From the NCBI RefSeq assembly GCF_003018115.1, contig NZ_CP027457.1: 64,000 nucleotides of DNA. The stretch is one strand, 5' to 3'. The notes below the pieces were generated by a model. The model saw nothing but the letters and a program-made list of their open reading frames with translations, made no database searches and was not told the DNA's origin. Positions 54,927 to 64,000 of this stretch are shown here, in pieces; the first letter of the stretch is position 1; every line of letters starts with the position of its first letter. The translations under genes and the position numbers were made by a program. The DNA comes from Escherichia coli (GTDB lineage Bacteria > Pseudomonadota > Gammaproteobacteria > Enterobacterales > Enterobacteriaceae).

Positions 54927-57900
54927 ATGATGAATAAATCCAATTTTGAATTCCTGAAGGGCGTCAACGACTTTACCTATGCCATCGCCTGTGCGGCGGA
55001 AAATAACTACCCGGATGATCCCAACACGACGCTGATTAAAATGCGTATGTTTGGCGAAGCCACAGCGAAACATCTTGGTCTGTTACTCAACATCCCCCCT
55101 TGTGAGAATCAACACGATCTCCTGCGCGAACTCGGCAAAATCGCCTTCGTTGATGACAACATTCTCTCTGTATTCCACAAATTACGCCGCATTGGTAACC
55201 AGGCGGTGCACGAATATCATAACGATCTCGACGATGCCCAGATGTGCCTGCGACTCGGGTTTCGCCTGGCTGTCTGGTACTACCGTCTGGTCACTAAAGA
55301 TTATGACTTCCCGGTGCCGGTGTTTGTGTTGCCGGAACGTGGTGAAAACCTCTATCACCAGGAAGTGCTGACGCTAAAACAACAGCTTGAACAGCAGGTG
55401 CGAGAAAAAGCGCAGAGTCAGGCAGAAGTCGAAGCACAACAGCAGAAGCTGGTTGCCCTGAACGGCTATATCGCCATTCTGGAAGGCAAGCAGCAGGAAA
55501 CCGAAGCGCAAACCCAGGCTCGCCTTGCTGCACTGGAAGCACAGCTCGCCGAGAAGAACGCGGAACTAGCCAAGCAGACCGAACAGGAACGTAAGGCTTA
55601 CCACAAAGAAATTACCGATCAGGCCATCAAGCGTACACTCAATCTTAGCGAAGAAGAGAGCCGCTTCCTGATTGACGCGCAACTGCGTAAAGCAGGCTGG
55701 CAGGCCGATAGCAAAACCCTGCGCTTCTCCAAAGGCGCGCGCCCGGAACCCGGCGTCAATAAAGCCATTGCCGAATGGCCGACCGGGAAAGATGAAACGG
55801 GTAATCAGGGCTTTGCGGATTATGTGCTGTTTGTCGGTCTCAAACCCATCGCGGTGGTAGAAGCGAAACGTAAAAATATCGACGTTCCCGGCAAGCTCAA
55901 TGAGTCGTATCGCTACAGTAAATGTTTCGATAATGGCTTCCTGCGGGAAACCTTGCTTGAGCACTACTCACCGGATGAAGTGCATGAAGCGGTGCCGGAG
56001 TATGAAACCAGTTGGCAGGACACCAGCGGCCAACAACGGTTTAAAATCCCCTTCTGCTACTCGACCAACGGGCGCGAATACCGCGCAGCGATGAAGACTA
56101 AAAGTGGCATCTGGTATCGCGACGTGCGTGATACCCGCAATATGTCGAAAGCCTTACCCGAGTGGCATCGCCCGGAAGAGTTGCTGGAAATGCTCGGCAG
56201 CGAACCGCAAAAACAGAATCAGTGGTTTGCCGATAATCCCGGCATGAGCGAGCTGGGCCTGCGTTATTATCAGGAAGATGCCGTCCGCGCGGTTGAAAAG
56301 GCAATCGTCAAGGGTCAACAAGAGATCCTGCTGGCGATGGCGACCGGTACCGGTAAAACCCGCACCGCAATTGCCATGATGTTCCGCCTGATCCAGTCCC
56401 AGCGTTTTAAACGCATTCTCTTCCTTGTGGATCGCCGTTCTCTTGGCGAGCAGGCGCTGGGGGCGTTTGAAGATACGCGTATTAACGGCGACACTTTCAA
56501 CAGCATTTTCGACATTAAAGGGCTGACGGATAAATTCCCCGAAGACAGCACCAAAATTCACGTTGCCACCGTACAGTCGCTGGTGAAACGCACCCTGCAA
56601 TCGGATGAACCGATGCCGGTAGCCCGTTACGACTGTATCGTCGTCGATGAAGCGCATCGCGGCTATATTCTCGATAAAGAGCAGACCGAAGGCGAACTGC
56701 AGTTCCGCAGCCAACTGGATTACGTTTCTGCCTACCGTCGTATTCTCGATCACTTCGATGCGGTAAAAATTGCTCTCACCGCCACCCCGGCGCTGCATAC
56801 GGTGCAGATTTTCGGCGAGCCGGTTTACCGTTACACCTACCGTACCGCGGTTATCGACGGTTTTCTGATCGACCAGGATCCGCCGATTCAGATCACCACC
56901 CGCAACGCACAGGAAGGGGTTTATCTCTCCAAAGGCGAGCAGGTTGAGCGCATCAGCCCGCAGGGGGAAGTGATCAACGACACCCTGGAAGACGATCAGG
57001 ATTTTGAGGTCGCCGACTTTAACCGTGGCCTGGTGATCCCGGCGTTTAACCGCGCCGTCTGTAACGAACTCACCAACTACCTTGACCCGACCGGGTTACA
57101 AAAAACGCTGGTCTTCTGCGTCACCAATGCCCATGCCGATATGGTGGTGGAAGAGTTGCGTACCGCGTTCAAGAAAAAGTATCCGCAACTGGAGCACGAC
57201 GCGATCATCAAGATCACCGGTGATGCCGATAAAGACGCGCGCAAAGTGCAGACCATGATCACCCGCTTCAATAAAGAGCGGCTGCCCAATATTGTCGTAA
57301 CCGTCGACCTGCTGACGACCGGCGTCGATATTCCGTCGATCTGTAATATCGTGTTCCTGCGTAAAGTACGCAGCCGTATTCTGTACGAGCAGATGAAAGG
57401 CCGCGCCACGCGCTTGTGCCCGGACGTGAATAAAACCAGCTTTAAGATTTTCGACTGCGTCGATATCTACAGCACGCTGGAGAGCGTCGATACCATGCGT
57501 CCGGTGGTGGTGCGCCCGAAGGTGGAACTGCAAACGCTGGTCAACGAAATTACCGATTCGGAAACCTATAAAATCACCGAAGCGGATGGCCGTAGCTTTG
57601 CCGAGCACAGCCATGAACAACTGGTGGCGAAGCTCCAGCGCATCATCGGCCTGGCCACGTTTAACCGTGACCGCAGCGAAACGATAGATAAACAGGTGCG
57701 TCGTCTGGATGAGCTATGCCAGGACGCGGCGGGCGTGAACTTTAACGGCTTCGCCTCGCGCCTGCGGGAAAAAGGGCCGCACTGGAGCGCCGAAGTCTTT
57801 AACAAACTGCCTGGCTTTATCGCCCGTCTGGAAAAGCTGAAAACCGACATCAACAACCTGAATGATGCGCCGATCTTCCTCGATATCGACGATGAAGTGG

Positions 57901-58439
57901 TGAGTGTAAAATCGCTGTACGGTGATTACGACACGCCGCAGGATTTCCTCGAAGCCTTTGACTCGCTGGTGCAACGTTCCCCGAACGCGCAACCAGCATT
58001 GCAGGCGGTGATTAATCGCCCGCGCGATCTCACCCGTAAAGGGCTGGTCGAGCTACAGGAGTGGTTTGACCGCCAGCACTTTGAGGAATCTTCCCTGCGC
58101 AAAGCGTGGAAAGAGACGCGCAATGAAGATATCGCCGCCCGGCTGATTGGACATATTCGCCGCGCTGCGGTGGGCGATGCGCTGAAACCGTTTGAGGAAC
58201 GTGTCGATCACGCGCTGACGCGCATTAAGGGCGAAAACGACTGGAGCAGCGAGCAATTAAGCTGGCTCGATCGTTTAGCGCAGGCGCTGAAAGAGAAAGT
58301 GGTGCTCGACGACGATGTCTTCAAAACCGGCAACTTCCACCGTCGCGGCGGGAAGGCGATGCTGCAAAGAACCTTTGACGATAATCTCGACAGCCTGCTC
58401 GATAAATTCAGCGATTATATCTGGGACGAGCTGGCCTGA
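54927..58439 (+). CDS. hsdR: Type I restriction enzyme R subunit HsdR (1170 aa)
   Basis: ORF track 1170 aa; helicase motif I ATGTGKT and DEAH box VVDEAHRG. Confidence 0.96.
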   Translation: MMNKSNFEFLKGVNDFTYAIACAAENNYPDDPNTTLIKMRMFGEATAKHLGLLLNIPPCENQHDLLRELGKIAFVDDNILSVFHKLRRIGNQAVHEYHNDLDDAQMCLRLGFRLAVWYYRLVTKDYDFPVPVFVLPERGENLYHQEVLTLKQQLEQQVREKAQSQAEVEAQQQKLVALNGYIAILEGKQQETEAQTQARLAALEAQLAEKNAELAKQTEQERKAYHKEITDQAIKRTLNLSEEESRFLIDAQLRKAGWQADSKTLRFSKGARPEPGVNKAIAEWPTGKDETGNQGFADYVLFVGLKPIAVVEAKRKNIDVPGKLNESYRYSKCFDNGFLRETLLEHYSPDEVHEAVPEYETSWQDTSGQQRFKIPFCYSTNGREYRAAMKTKSGIWYRDVRDTRNMSKALPEWHRPEELLEMLGSEPQKQNQWFADNPGMSELGLRYYQEDAVRAVEKAIVKGQQEILLAMATGTGKTRTAIAMMFRLIQSQRFKRILFLVDRRSLGEQALGAFEDTRINGDTFNSIFDIKGLTDKFPEDSTKIHVATVQSLVKRTLQSDEPMPVARYDCIVVDEAHRGYILDKEQTEGELQFRSQLDYVSAYRRILDHFDAVKIALTATPALHTVQIFGEPVYRYTYRTAVIDGFLIDQDPPIQITTRNAQEGVYLSKGEQVERISPQGEVINDTLEDDQDFEVADFNRGLVIPAFNRAVCNELTNYLDPTGLQKTLVFCVTNAHADMVVEELRTAFKKKYPQLEHDAIIKITGDADKDARKVQTMITRFNKERLPNIVVTVDLLTTGVDIPSICNIVFLRKVRSRILYEQMKGRATRLCPDVNKTSFKIFDCVDIYSTLESVDTMRPVVVRPKVELQTLVNEITDSETYKITEADGRSFAEHSHEQLVAKLQRIIGLATFNRDRSETIDKQVRRLDELCQDAAGVNFNGFASRLREKGPHWSAEVFNKLPGFIARLEKLKTDINNLNDAPIFLDIDDEVVSVKSLYGDYDTPQDFLEAFDSLVQRSPNAQPALQAVINRPRDLTRKGLVELQEWFDRQHFEESSLRKAWKETRNEDIAARLIGHIRRAAVGDALKPFEERVDHALTRIKGENDWSSEQLSWLDRLAQALKEKVVLDDDVFKTGNFHRRGGKAMLQRTFDDNLDSLLDKFSDYIWDELA

Positions 58440-58515
58440 CACGGTATCATTCCCGGCAATTTCTTCTTCTGCGGCCCAATAAATTTGGGCCGCTGCTTAA
58501 TTTACGGAACACCCA

Positions 58516-60105
58516 ATGAACAATAACGATCTGGTCGCGAAGCTGTGGAAGCTGTGCGACAACCTGCGCGATGGCGGCGTTTCCTATCAAAACTACGTCA
58601 ATGAACTCGCCTCGCTGCTGTTTTTGAAAATGTGTAAAGAGACCGGGCAGGAAGCGGAATACCTGCCGGAAGGCTACCGCTGGGATGACCTGAAATCCCG
58701 CATCGGCCAGGATCAATTGCAGTTCTACCGTAACCTGCTGGTACATCTGGGCGCCGACAATCAAAAGCTGGTGCAGGCGGTGTTCCAGAACGTCAACACC
58801 ACCATTACCCAGCCAAAACAGTTGACCGAACTGGTCACAAATATGGATTCGCTGGACTGGTATAACGGTGCGCACGGTAAGTCGCGCGATGACTTCGGCG
58901 ATATGTACGAAGGGCTGTTGCAGAAGAACGCCAACGAAACCAAGTCTGGCGCGGGCCAGTACTTCACCCCGCGTCCGCTGATTAAAACCATTATTCATCT
59001 GCTGAAACCGCAGCCGCGTGAAGTGGTGCAGGACCCGGCAGCAGGTACGGCGGGCTTTTTGATTGAAGCCGACCGCTACGTTAAGTCGCAGACCAATGAT
59101 CTGGACGACCTTGATGGCGATACGCAGGATTTCCAGATCCACCGCGCGTTTATCGGCCTCGAACTGGTGCCCGGCACCCGTCGTCTGGCGCTGATGAACT
59201 GCCTGCTGCACGATATTGAAGGCAACCTCGACCACGGCGGCGCAATCCGTCTGGGCAACACTCTGGGTAGCGACGGCGAAAACCTGCCGAAGGCGCATAT
59301 TGTCGCCACTAACCCGCCGTTTGGCAGCGCCGCAGGCACCAACATTACCCGCACCTTTGTTCACCCGACCAGCAATAAACAGTTGTGCTTTATGCAGCAT
59401 ATTATCGAAACGCTGCACCCCGGCGGTCGTGCGGCGGTGGTGGTGCCGGATAACGTGCTGTTTGAAGGCGGCAAAGGCACCGACATTCGTCGTGACCTGA
59501 TGGATAAGTGTCATCTGCACACTATTCTGCGTCTGCCGACCGGTATTTTTTACGCGCAGGGCGTGAAAACCAACGTGCTGTTCTTTACCAAAGGCACGGT
59601 GGCGAACCCGAATCAGGATAAGAACTGCACCGATGATGTGTGGGTGTACGACCTGCGTACCAATATGCCGAGCTTCGGCAAGCGCACGCCGTTTACTGAC
59701 GAACATCTGCAGCCGTTTGAGCGGGTGTATGGCGAAGATCCCCACGGCTTAAGCCCGCGCACTGAAGGCGACTGGGAATTCGACGCAGAAAAAAGTGAAA
59801 TTGCCGACAGCGAAGAGAACAAAAACACCGACCAGCATCTGGCTACCAGCCGCTGGCGCAAGTTCAGCCGCGAGTGGATCCGCACCGCGAAATCCGATTC
59901 GCTGGATATCTCCTGGCTGAAAGATAAAGACAGCATTGACGCCGACAACCTGCCGGAGCCGGATGTATTAGCGGCAGAAGCGATGGGCGAGCTGGTACAG
60001 GCGCTGGGCGAACTGGATGCGTTGATGCGTGAACTGGGGGCGAGCGATGAGGCGGATGCACAGCGTCAGTTGCTGGAAGAAGCGTTTGGTGGGGTGAAGG
60101 AATGA
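58516..60105 (+). CDS. hsdM: Type I restriction-modification M subunit HsdM, N6-adenine methyltransferase (529 aa)
   Basis: ORF track 529 aa; motif IV NPPFG and SAM-binding region. Confidence 0.96.
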   Translation: MNNNDLVAKLWKLCDNLRDGGVSYQNYVNELASLLFLKMCKETGQEAEYLPEGYRWDDLKSRIGQDQLQFYRNLLVHLGADNQKLVQAVFQNVNTTITQPKQLTELVTNMDSLDWYNGAHGKSRDDFGDMYEGLLQKNANETKSGAGQYFTPRPLIKTIIHLLKPQPREVVQDPAAGTAGFLIEADRYVKSQTNDLDDLDGDTQDFQIHRAFIGLELVPGTRRLALMNCLLHDIEGNLDHGGAIRLGNTLGSDGENLPKAHIVATNPPFGSAAGTNITRTFVHPTSNKQLCFMQHIIETLHPGGRAAVVVPDNVLFEGGKGTDIRRDLMDKCHLHTILRLPTGIFYAQGVKTNVLFFTKGTVANPNQDKNCTDDVWVYDLRTNMPSFGKRTPFTDEHLQPFERVYGEDPHGLSPRTEGDWEFDAEKSEIADSEENKNTDQHLATSRWRKFSREWIRTAKSDSLDISWLKDKDSIDADNLPEPDVLAAEAMGELVQALGELDALMRELGASDEADAQRQLLEEAFGGVKE

Positions 60106-61430
60106 GTGCGGGGAAATTGCCAGAGGGGTGGGTTGAAACTCAATTAGAAAATATCGTTGATATTTTAGACTCAATGCGTGTCCCGGTTAATAATTCTGAG
60201 AGACAATCACGCATTGCAGGAAAAAAAGAAAATGAACTTTATCCCTATTTTGGTGCTACCGGTGAAGTCGGTAAAATTGATGATTATATTTTTGATGAAG
60301 AACTTGTTGCATTAGGTGAAGATGGTGTTCCTTTTTTTGATGGGCACAAAAATAAGGCTTATATGCTGTATGGTAAAACGTGGGTGAATAATCATGCTCA
60401 TGTAATAAGAGCTATCTCTGGACTAAGCCATAACAAGTATTTATGCCATTATCTTAACCAATTCGACTATCATGATTATGTAAACGGCGGGACCAGGCTT
60501 AAACTTACACAAGCGAATATGAGAAAACTACCTGTTAGTTTAGCGCCTCTCGCCGAACAAAAAATCATCGCAGAAAAACTCGATACGCTGCTGGCGCAGG
60601 TAGAGAGCACCAAAGCACGTCTTGAGCAAATCCCACAAATCCTGAAACGTTTTCGTCAGGCGGTGTTGGCTGCTGTTGTTAATGGAAAATTATCAAAGAA
60701 CACGAAGCAATGGGAAATATACTTATTAAAAAATCTTTGTACTAGCATTTCAGATGGCGATCATCAGGCTCCTCCAAAATCAGAAACAGGAGTGCCTTTC
60801 CTCGTAATCTCCGATGTTAATAAAGGGGTGATTGATTTTGATAATGTAACCAGATGGGTGCCTGAATCTTACTACCAATCGCTAAAAGAAATTAGAAAAC
60901 CATGCCAATATGATATTTTATATACAGTTACAGGTTCTTATGGAATACCTGTAATTGTTAACGACAATAAACCATTTTGTTTCCAGCGACATATTGCCAT
61001 CATCAAGCCAAACAGAAATTTAATTGATCATAGATTCTTAGCTTTCTATTTAGAATCACCACAAATTCTCAAACATGCAAGTGATGTTGCTACTGGGACC
61101 GCACAAAAAACAGTATCGCTGTCGAGTCTCCGAAATTTTGAGATCTCTGTTCCCCCTTTAAAAGAACAACACGAAATCGTTCGTCGCGTCGAGCAACTCT
61201 TCGCCTACGCCGACACTATTGAAAAACAGGTCAACAACGCCCTGGCCCGCGTCAACAACCTGACGCAATCCATTCTGGCAAAAGCGTTCCGTGGTGAACT
61301 CACCGCCCAGTGGCGGGCCGAAAACCCGGAATTGATCAGCGGAGAAAACAGCGCCGCCGCGTTGCTGGAGAAAATCAAAGCTGAACGCGCAGCCAGCGGG
61401 GGTAAAAAAGCCTCGCGTAAAAAATCCTGA
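60102..61430 (+). CDS. hsdS: Type I restriction-modification specificity subunit HsdS (442 aa), Type IA framework with non-EcoKI target-recognition domains
   Basis: ORF track; ATGA overlap with hsdM; conserved N-terminus MSAGKLPEGWV, central LAPLAEQKIIAEKLDTLLAQVESTKARLEQIPQILKRFRQAVL and C-terminal PPLKEQHEIVRRVEQLFAYADTIEKQVNNALARV blocks flank two AT-rich variable segments. Confidence 0.9.
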   Translation: MSAGKLPEGWVETQLENIVDILDSMRVPVNNSERQSRIAGKKENELYPYFGATGEVGKIDDYIFDEELVALGEDGVPFFDGHKNKAYMLYGKTWVNNHAHVIRAISGLSHNKYLCHYLNQFDYHDYVNGGTRLKLTQANMRKLPVSLAPLAEQKIIAEKLDTLLAQVESTKARLEQIPQILKRFRQAVLAAVVNGKLSKNTKQWEIYLLKNLCTSISDGDHQAPPKSETGVPFLVISDVNKGVIDFDNVTRWVPESYYQSLKEIRKPCQYDILYTVTGSYGIPVIVNDNKPFCFQRHIAIIKPNRNLIDHRFLAFYLESPQILKHASDVATGTAQKTVSLSSLRNFEISVPPLKEQHEIVRRVEQLFAYADTIEKQVNNALARVNNLTQSILAKAFRGELTAQWRAENPELISGENSAAALLEKIKAERAASGGKKASRKKS

Positions 61431-61562
61431 ACATTATTTTCTGGCGCACCTTTCCGGTGCGCTTTTAATTATTTCACGCCAATCATAATTCACGCAAATA
61501 TATTTAAATCACTCCAGAAATTGCCCATTTTATTCTATTTTTAGCTGGACTTTCCCTGTATT

Positions 61563-61582
61563 TACTGATGATATATCCAGGT
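61563..61582 (+). promoter_or_regulatory. LexA (SOS) box upstream of symE
   Basis: TACTGATGATATATCCAGGT: CTG-N10-CAG with AT-rich centre, about 75 bp upstream of the symE ATG. Confidence 0.65.
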
Positions 61583-61589
61583 ATTTAGC

Positions 61590-61670
61590 GCGGTGCGGAT
61601 GTGCGCCAACACACCCGCACCGCTCATCACAATCACTATTTATGGAGAATAGTAATCATGACTGACACGC
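61590..61670 (-). ncRNA. symR: SymR antisense sRNA overlapping the symE 5' UTR and start codon (boundaries approximate)
   Basis: position opposite the symE translation initiation region; 9-bp-stem hairpin GCGGTGCGG / CCGCACCGC at 61590-61623; minus-strand TAGAAT-like -10 at 61671-61676. Ends are inferred, not read directly. Confidence 0.3.
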
Positions 61671-61999
61671 ATTCTATTGCACAACCGTTCGAAGCAGAAG
61701 TCTCCCCGGCAAATAACCGTCAATTAACCGTGAGTTATGCGAGCCGCTACCCGGATTACAGCCGTATTCCCGCCATCACCCTGAAAGGTCAGTGGCTGGA
61801 AGCCGCCGGTTTTGCCACCGGCACGGCGGTAGATGTCAAAGTGATGGAAGACTGTATTGTCCTCACCGCCCAACCCGCCGCCGCCGAAGAGAGCGAACTG
61901 ATGCAGTCACTGCGCCAGGTGTGCAAACTGTCGGCGCGTAAACAAAAGCAGGTGCAGGAGTTCATTGGGATGATTGCGGGTAAACAGAAAGTCGCCTGA
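61658..61999 (+). CDS. symE: SymE, SOS-induced toxin-like protein (113 aa)
   Basis: ORF track; start at internal ATG giving [38 protein letters not shown] 10 bp upstream. Confidence 0.9.
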   Translation: MTDTHSIAQPFEAEVSPANNRQLTVSYASRYPDYSRIPAITLKGQWLEAAGFATGTAVDVKVMEDCIVLTAQPAAAEESELMQSLRQVCKLSARKQKQVQEFIGMIAGKQKVA

Positions 62000-62007
62000 T
62001 ACATTGA

Positions 62008-62031
62008 CCCGGTAGCGCCAGTGCTACCGGG
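62008..62031. terminator. hairpin between convergent symE and the downstream nuclease gene, probable bidirectional terminator
   Basis: CCCGGTAGC-GCCAGT-GCTACCGGG followed by TATTATT. Confidence 0.5.
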
Positions 62032-62045
62032 TATTATTCGCCGCG

Positions 62046-64000
62046 TTATACCAACGCGCTCTCCATCTGTTTTTCAAATGCCTGACGAATTAATCCCATA
62101 ATATAAGGAAGTTGTGCGAGGTCGCTGAAACCAATTTCCACATCGCCATTGCCCCATCGCCCAACATTTGTCACATCTTTGGCAATACCTTTCGGATCGA
62201 CCAGTTCATGAAACTGCATATTAAGCGACAATCGCAGTCGGCTTTTTTGCGGCACAACATCAACAAAATTCGTTTCAGCTTTAAACGCAATATAGAGCTT
62301 CAATACTTCCTGCGTGATCCCTGCGTCCAGGCGCATAACTTCATCGCTAAGATGATCGAATAACACCCGGCTATGCGAACCATCAGCAAGAAAAGGATAA
62401 TCACTCAGGCTGTAACTGGTTTTGTTTTCCGGCTGCCCCCGATAAACAGCTAAAACCTCTTCAGGAAGAGAAGGCGCTTGCCAGACCTGAACCGCGAGAT
62501 CGGCCAGACGATCGGCTCGGGCGTGAATGGCGGCTTCATCCCATTTTTCGCACTGTCCAAGACCGATATTCAAATAAAGCGGGCTATGCTTAAAGCCGTC
62601 TTCAATATCGCGTTTTTCCGCGAAAGGTCTGTCACTGTAGCGGGAGTTATAGCGCGTTAAAGTGAGATTCCCCAACGTATGTAACAGTTCTTTATGCACA
62701 CGCTGCCAGTCGCTTCCCAGCTCTTCGCGCCATTTAGCCGACAAATTTTCGTTCTGCGGCATAATATGTTCAATCGTAAACTCTTCCACGCGCTCTCTGC
62801 GTTTATCGTTTTCCAGTCGTCGTAACCAGTAGCTGCGACTACGGAAGTTATAGAGATCGCGAACTTTTAATTCCCGTTTAAATTCATCATCGTTGGGGAA
62901 ACGACGATATGAAGGTAGATTCAAAAAATGTACCTGAATACTTTCCAGATAATTTTCTTTATTAATAACTTTATAAAAAGTGGCAAATGTCTTGTTCAAA
63001 GAATTTGTCGGAATTGCACATACTGCACGGCGGAAAACATAAGATTCAATTAAACGAATTATGCTCAGGAAATCTTCGTGAGACAAATCGTCATTTTTAT
63101 AGTCATGATAAAGCGCCAGTAAGAAAGGATACGCCACATCAACCTTTAACTCGCGCAAATCCTGAAAAGCCGTAGCAAGCGATTTGTCACTTTCTTTTCC
63201 CAATGCCATTGCACAGTAATACTCCGCGTAGATGTGAATATCTTCAACCAGCCGATCTACGCCTTTTTCAGCAACACTCTGGCTGCGGGCATGGAGTTTA
63301 AATGCCTCATAGACTTCATCTGTCCGAGGGATCTCCCCCGTTTTTACCGTCAGATAATGACGCATAAAACTGTCAAAATATTCGCTGTAACCTTGCTGAC
63401 CAAAAGCGACTTCCATTGGACGCCAGTGATCTTCATACAACCGGGTTTGATGCTCTGGTTCGAGGCCCATCAGAATAAAATTGCGCACCAGATCGGCCTG
63501 ACTTAACGCCTTACCGGTGGAGTTCATACTTTCAAAAATCAGTTGCGGATTATCCTGACCACGATTAAGCGCCACATCGACAATTAATAACTTTGCTAAC
63601 CCACGACATAAGGGGATCAAGTCATCACCGAGTTTGGCAATTTGCTCATCAAAGAAAGTAAAGTTTTCCATTATTCGATGGGAATAGTTTTCTGGCATTG
63701 GTCTTTGTTTTATTAACGCCAGTAAACTGTCTTTATCAGTCTCGGTCAGCAGTAATTTAAAACCTTTCTCGCCGGACTCATAAGGATTGAGCAAATAATA
63801 ATTACGCAATTTCATTGCCGAAAAGCCATCAAAAACTTCGTCTTCGCCAAGATGGCGCGATAAAGCCTCAATCAGCAACATTGCGGTCGTCAGCCGCTGC
63901 TGACCATCAATGACCAGCAACGGAGAAATACCAGAAACCTGATACAATCCCTGCTCTATATAAACAACCGAACCGATAAAATGCGCTGATATATCGTCAC
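62046..64000 (-). CDS. DUF262/DUF1524 (GmrSD-family) nuclease, candidate Type IV modification-dependent restriction enzyme; N-terminus lies beyond the window end
   Basis: ORF track 633 aa from an internal TTG, but the frame stays open to position 64000 (...DDISAHFIGSVVYIEQGLYQVSGISPLLVIDGQQRLTT); DUF262 hallmarks DGQQRLTT and IFESMNSTGKALSQADLVRNF; C-terminal DUF1524 His-Me-finger region EHIMPQNENLS...LHTLGNLTLTRYN; visibly AT-rich. Confidence 0.8.
   Translation of the reverse strand, partial: DDISAHFIGSVVYIEQGLYQVSGISPLLVIDGQQRLTTAMLLIEALSRHLGEDEVFDGFSAMKLRNYYLLNPYESGEKGFKLLLTETDKDSLLALIKQRPMPENYSHRIMENFTFFDEQIAKLGDDLIPLCRGLAKLLIVDVALNRGQDNPQLIFESMNSTGKALSQADLVRNFILMGLEPEHQTRLYEDHWRPMEVAFGQQGYSEYFDSFMRHYLTVKTGEIPRTDEVYEAFKLHARSQSVAEKGVDRLVEDIHIYAEYYCAMALGKESDKSLATAFQDLRELKVDVAYPFLLALYHDYKNDDLSHEDFLSIIRLIESYVFRRAVCAIPTNSLNKTFATFYKVINKENYLESIQVHFLNLPSYRRFPNDDEFKRELKVRDLYNFRSRSYWLRRLENDKRRERVEEFTIEHIMPQNENLSAKWREELGSDWQRVHKELLHTLGNLTLTRYNSRYSDRPFAEKRDIEDGFKHSPLYLNIGLGQCEKWDEAAIHARADRLADLAVQVWQAPSLPEEVLAVYRGQPENKTSYSLSDYPFLADGSHSRVLFDHLSDEVMRLDAGITQEVLKLYIAFKAETNFVDVVPQKSRLRLSLNMQFHELVDPKGIAKDVTNVGRWGNGDVEIGFSDLAQLPYIMGLIRQAFEKQMESALV

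Noticed and set aside
58447-59745. 432-aa minus-strand ORF
   Set aside because: Antisense to hsdM, which carries the NPPFG methyltransferase motif; no start-site signals.

Overview
This window is a contiguous stretch of Escherichia coli chromosome, in reverse orientation relative to K-12 numbering, made of conserved core genes plus two strain-variable regions. Core, in order: slt (5' part, truncated at window start), ettA, nadR, radA, serB, ytjB, lplA, deoDBAC with its CRP/CytR/DeoR-controlled promoters, yjjI-yjjW (glycyl radical enzyme and activase), yjjV, yjjU, ytjA, osmY, prfC, yjjG, rimI, holD, rsmC, three tandem tRNA-Leu(CAG) genes, yjjZ, fhuF, bglJ, yjjQ, yjjP, yjjB, dnaT, dnaC, yjjA, opgB, lgoD/R/T, tsr, then btsT, yjiX, yjiA. 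Variable region 1 (about 38.8-50.0 kb) is the complete 4-hydroxyphenylacetate catabolic cluster hpaR-GEDFHI-X-A-BC, which K-12 lacks. Variable region 2 (53.8 kb to the window end) is the immigration control region: mrr, a Type I restriction-modification system hsdR-hsdM-hsdS whose HsdS has non-EcoKI target-recognition domains, symE with its antisense SymR, and, where K-12 carries mcrBC, an AT-rich gene for a DUF262/DUF1524 (GmrSD-family) nuclease that runs off the window end. That nuclease is the best candidate for an undescribed defence function here. Also notable: an XRE-family helix-turn-helix ORF broken by an in-frame amber codon where K-12 has yjjJ, followed by 12-bp tandem GAATAGAT repeats; a divergent middle tRNA-Leu copy; and a five-copy 100-bp REP/BIME tandem array. 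All calls rest on reading the sequence and the ORF track plus recalled family knowledge; no database search was run, and comparisons to K-12 are from memory.
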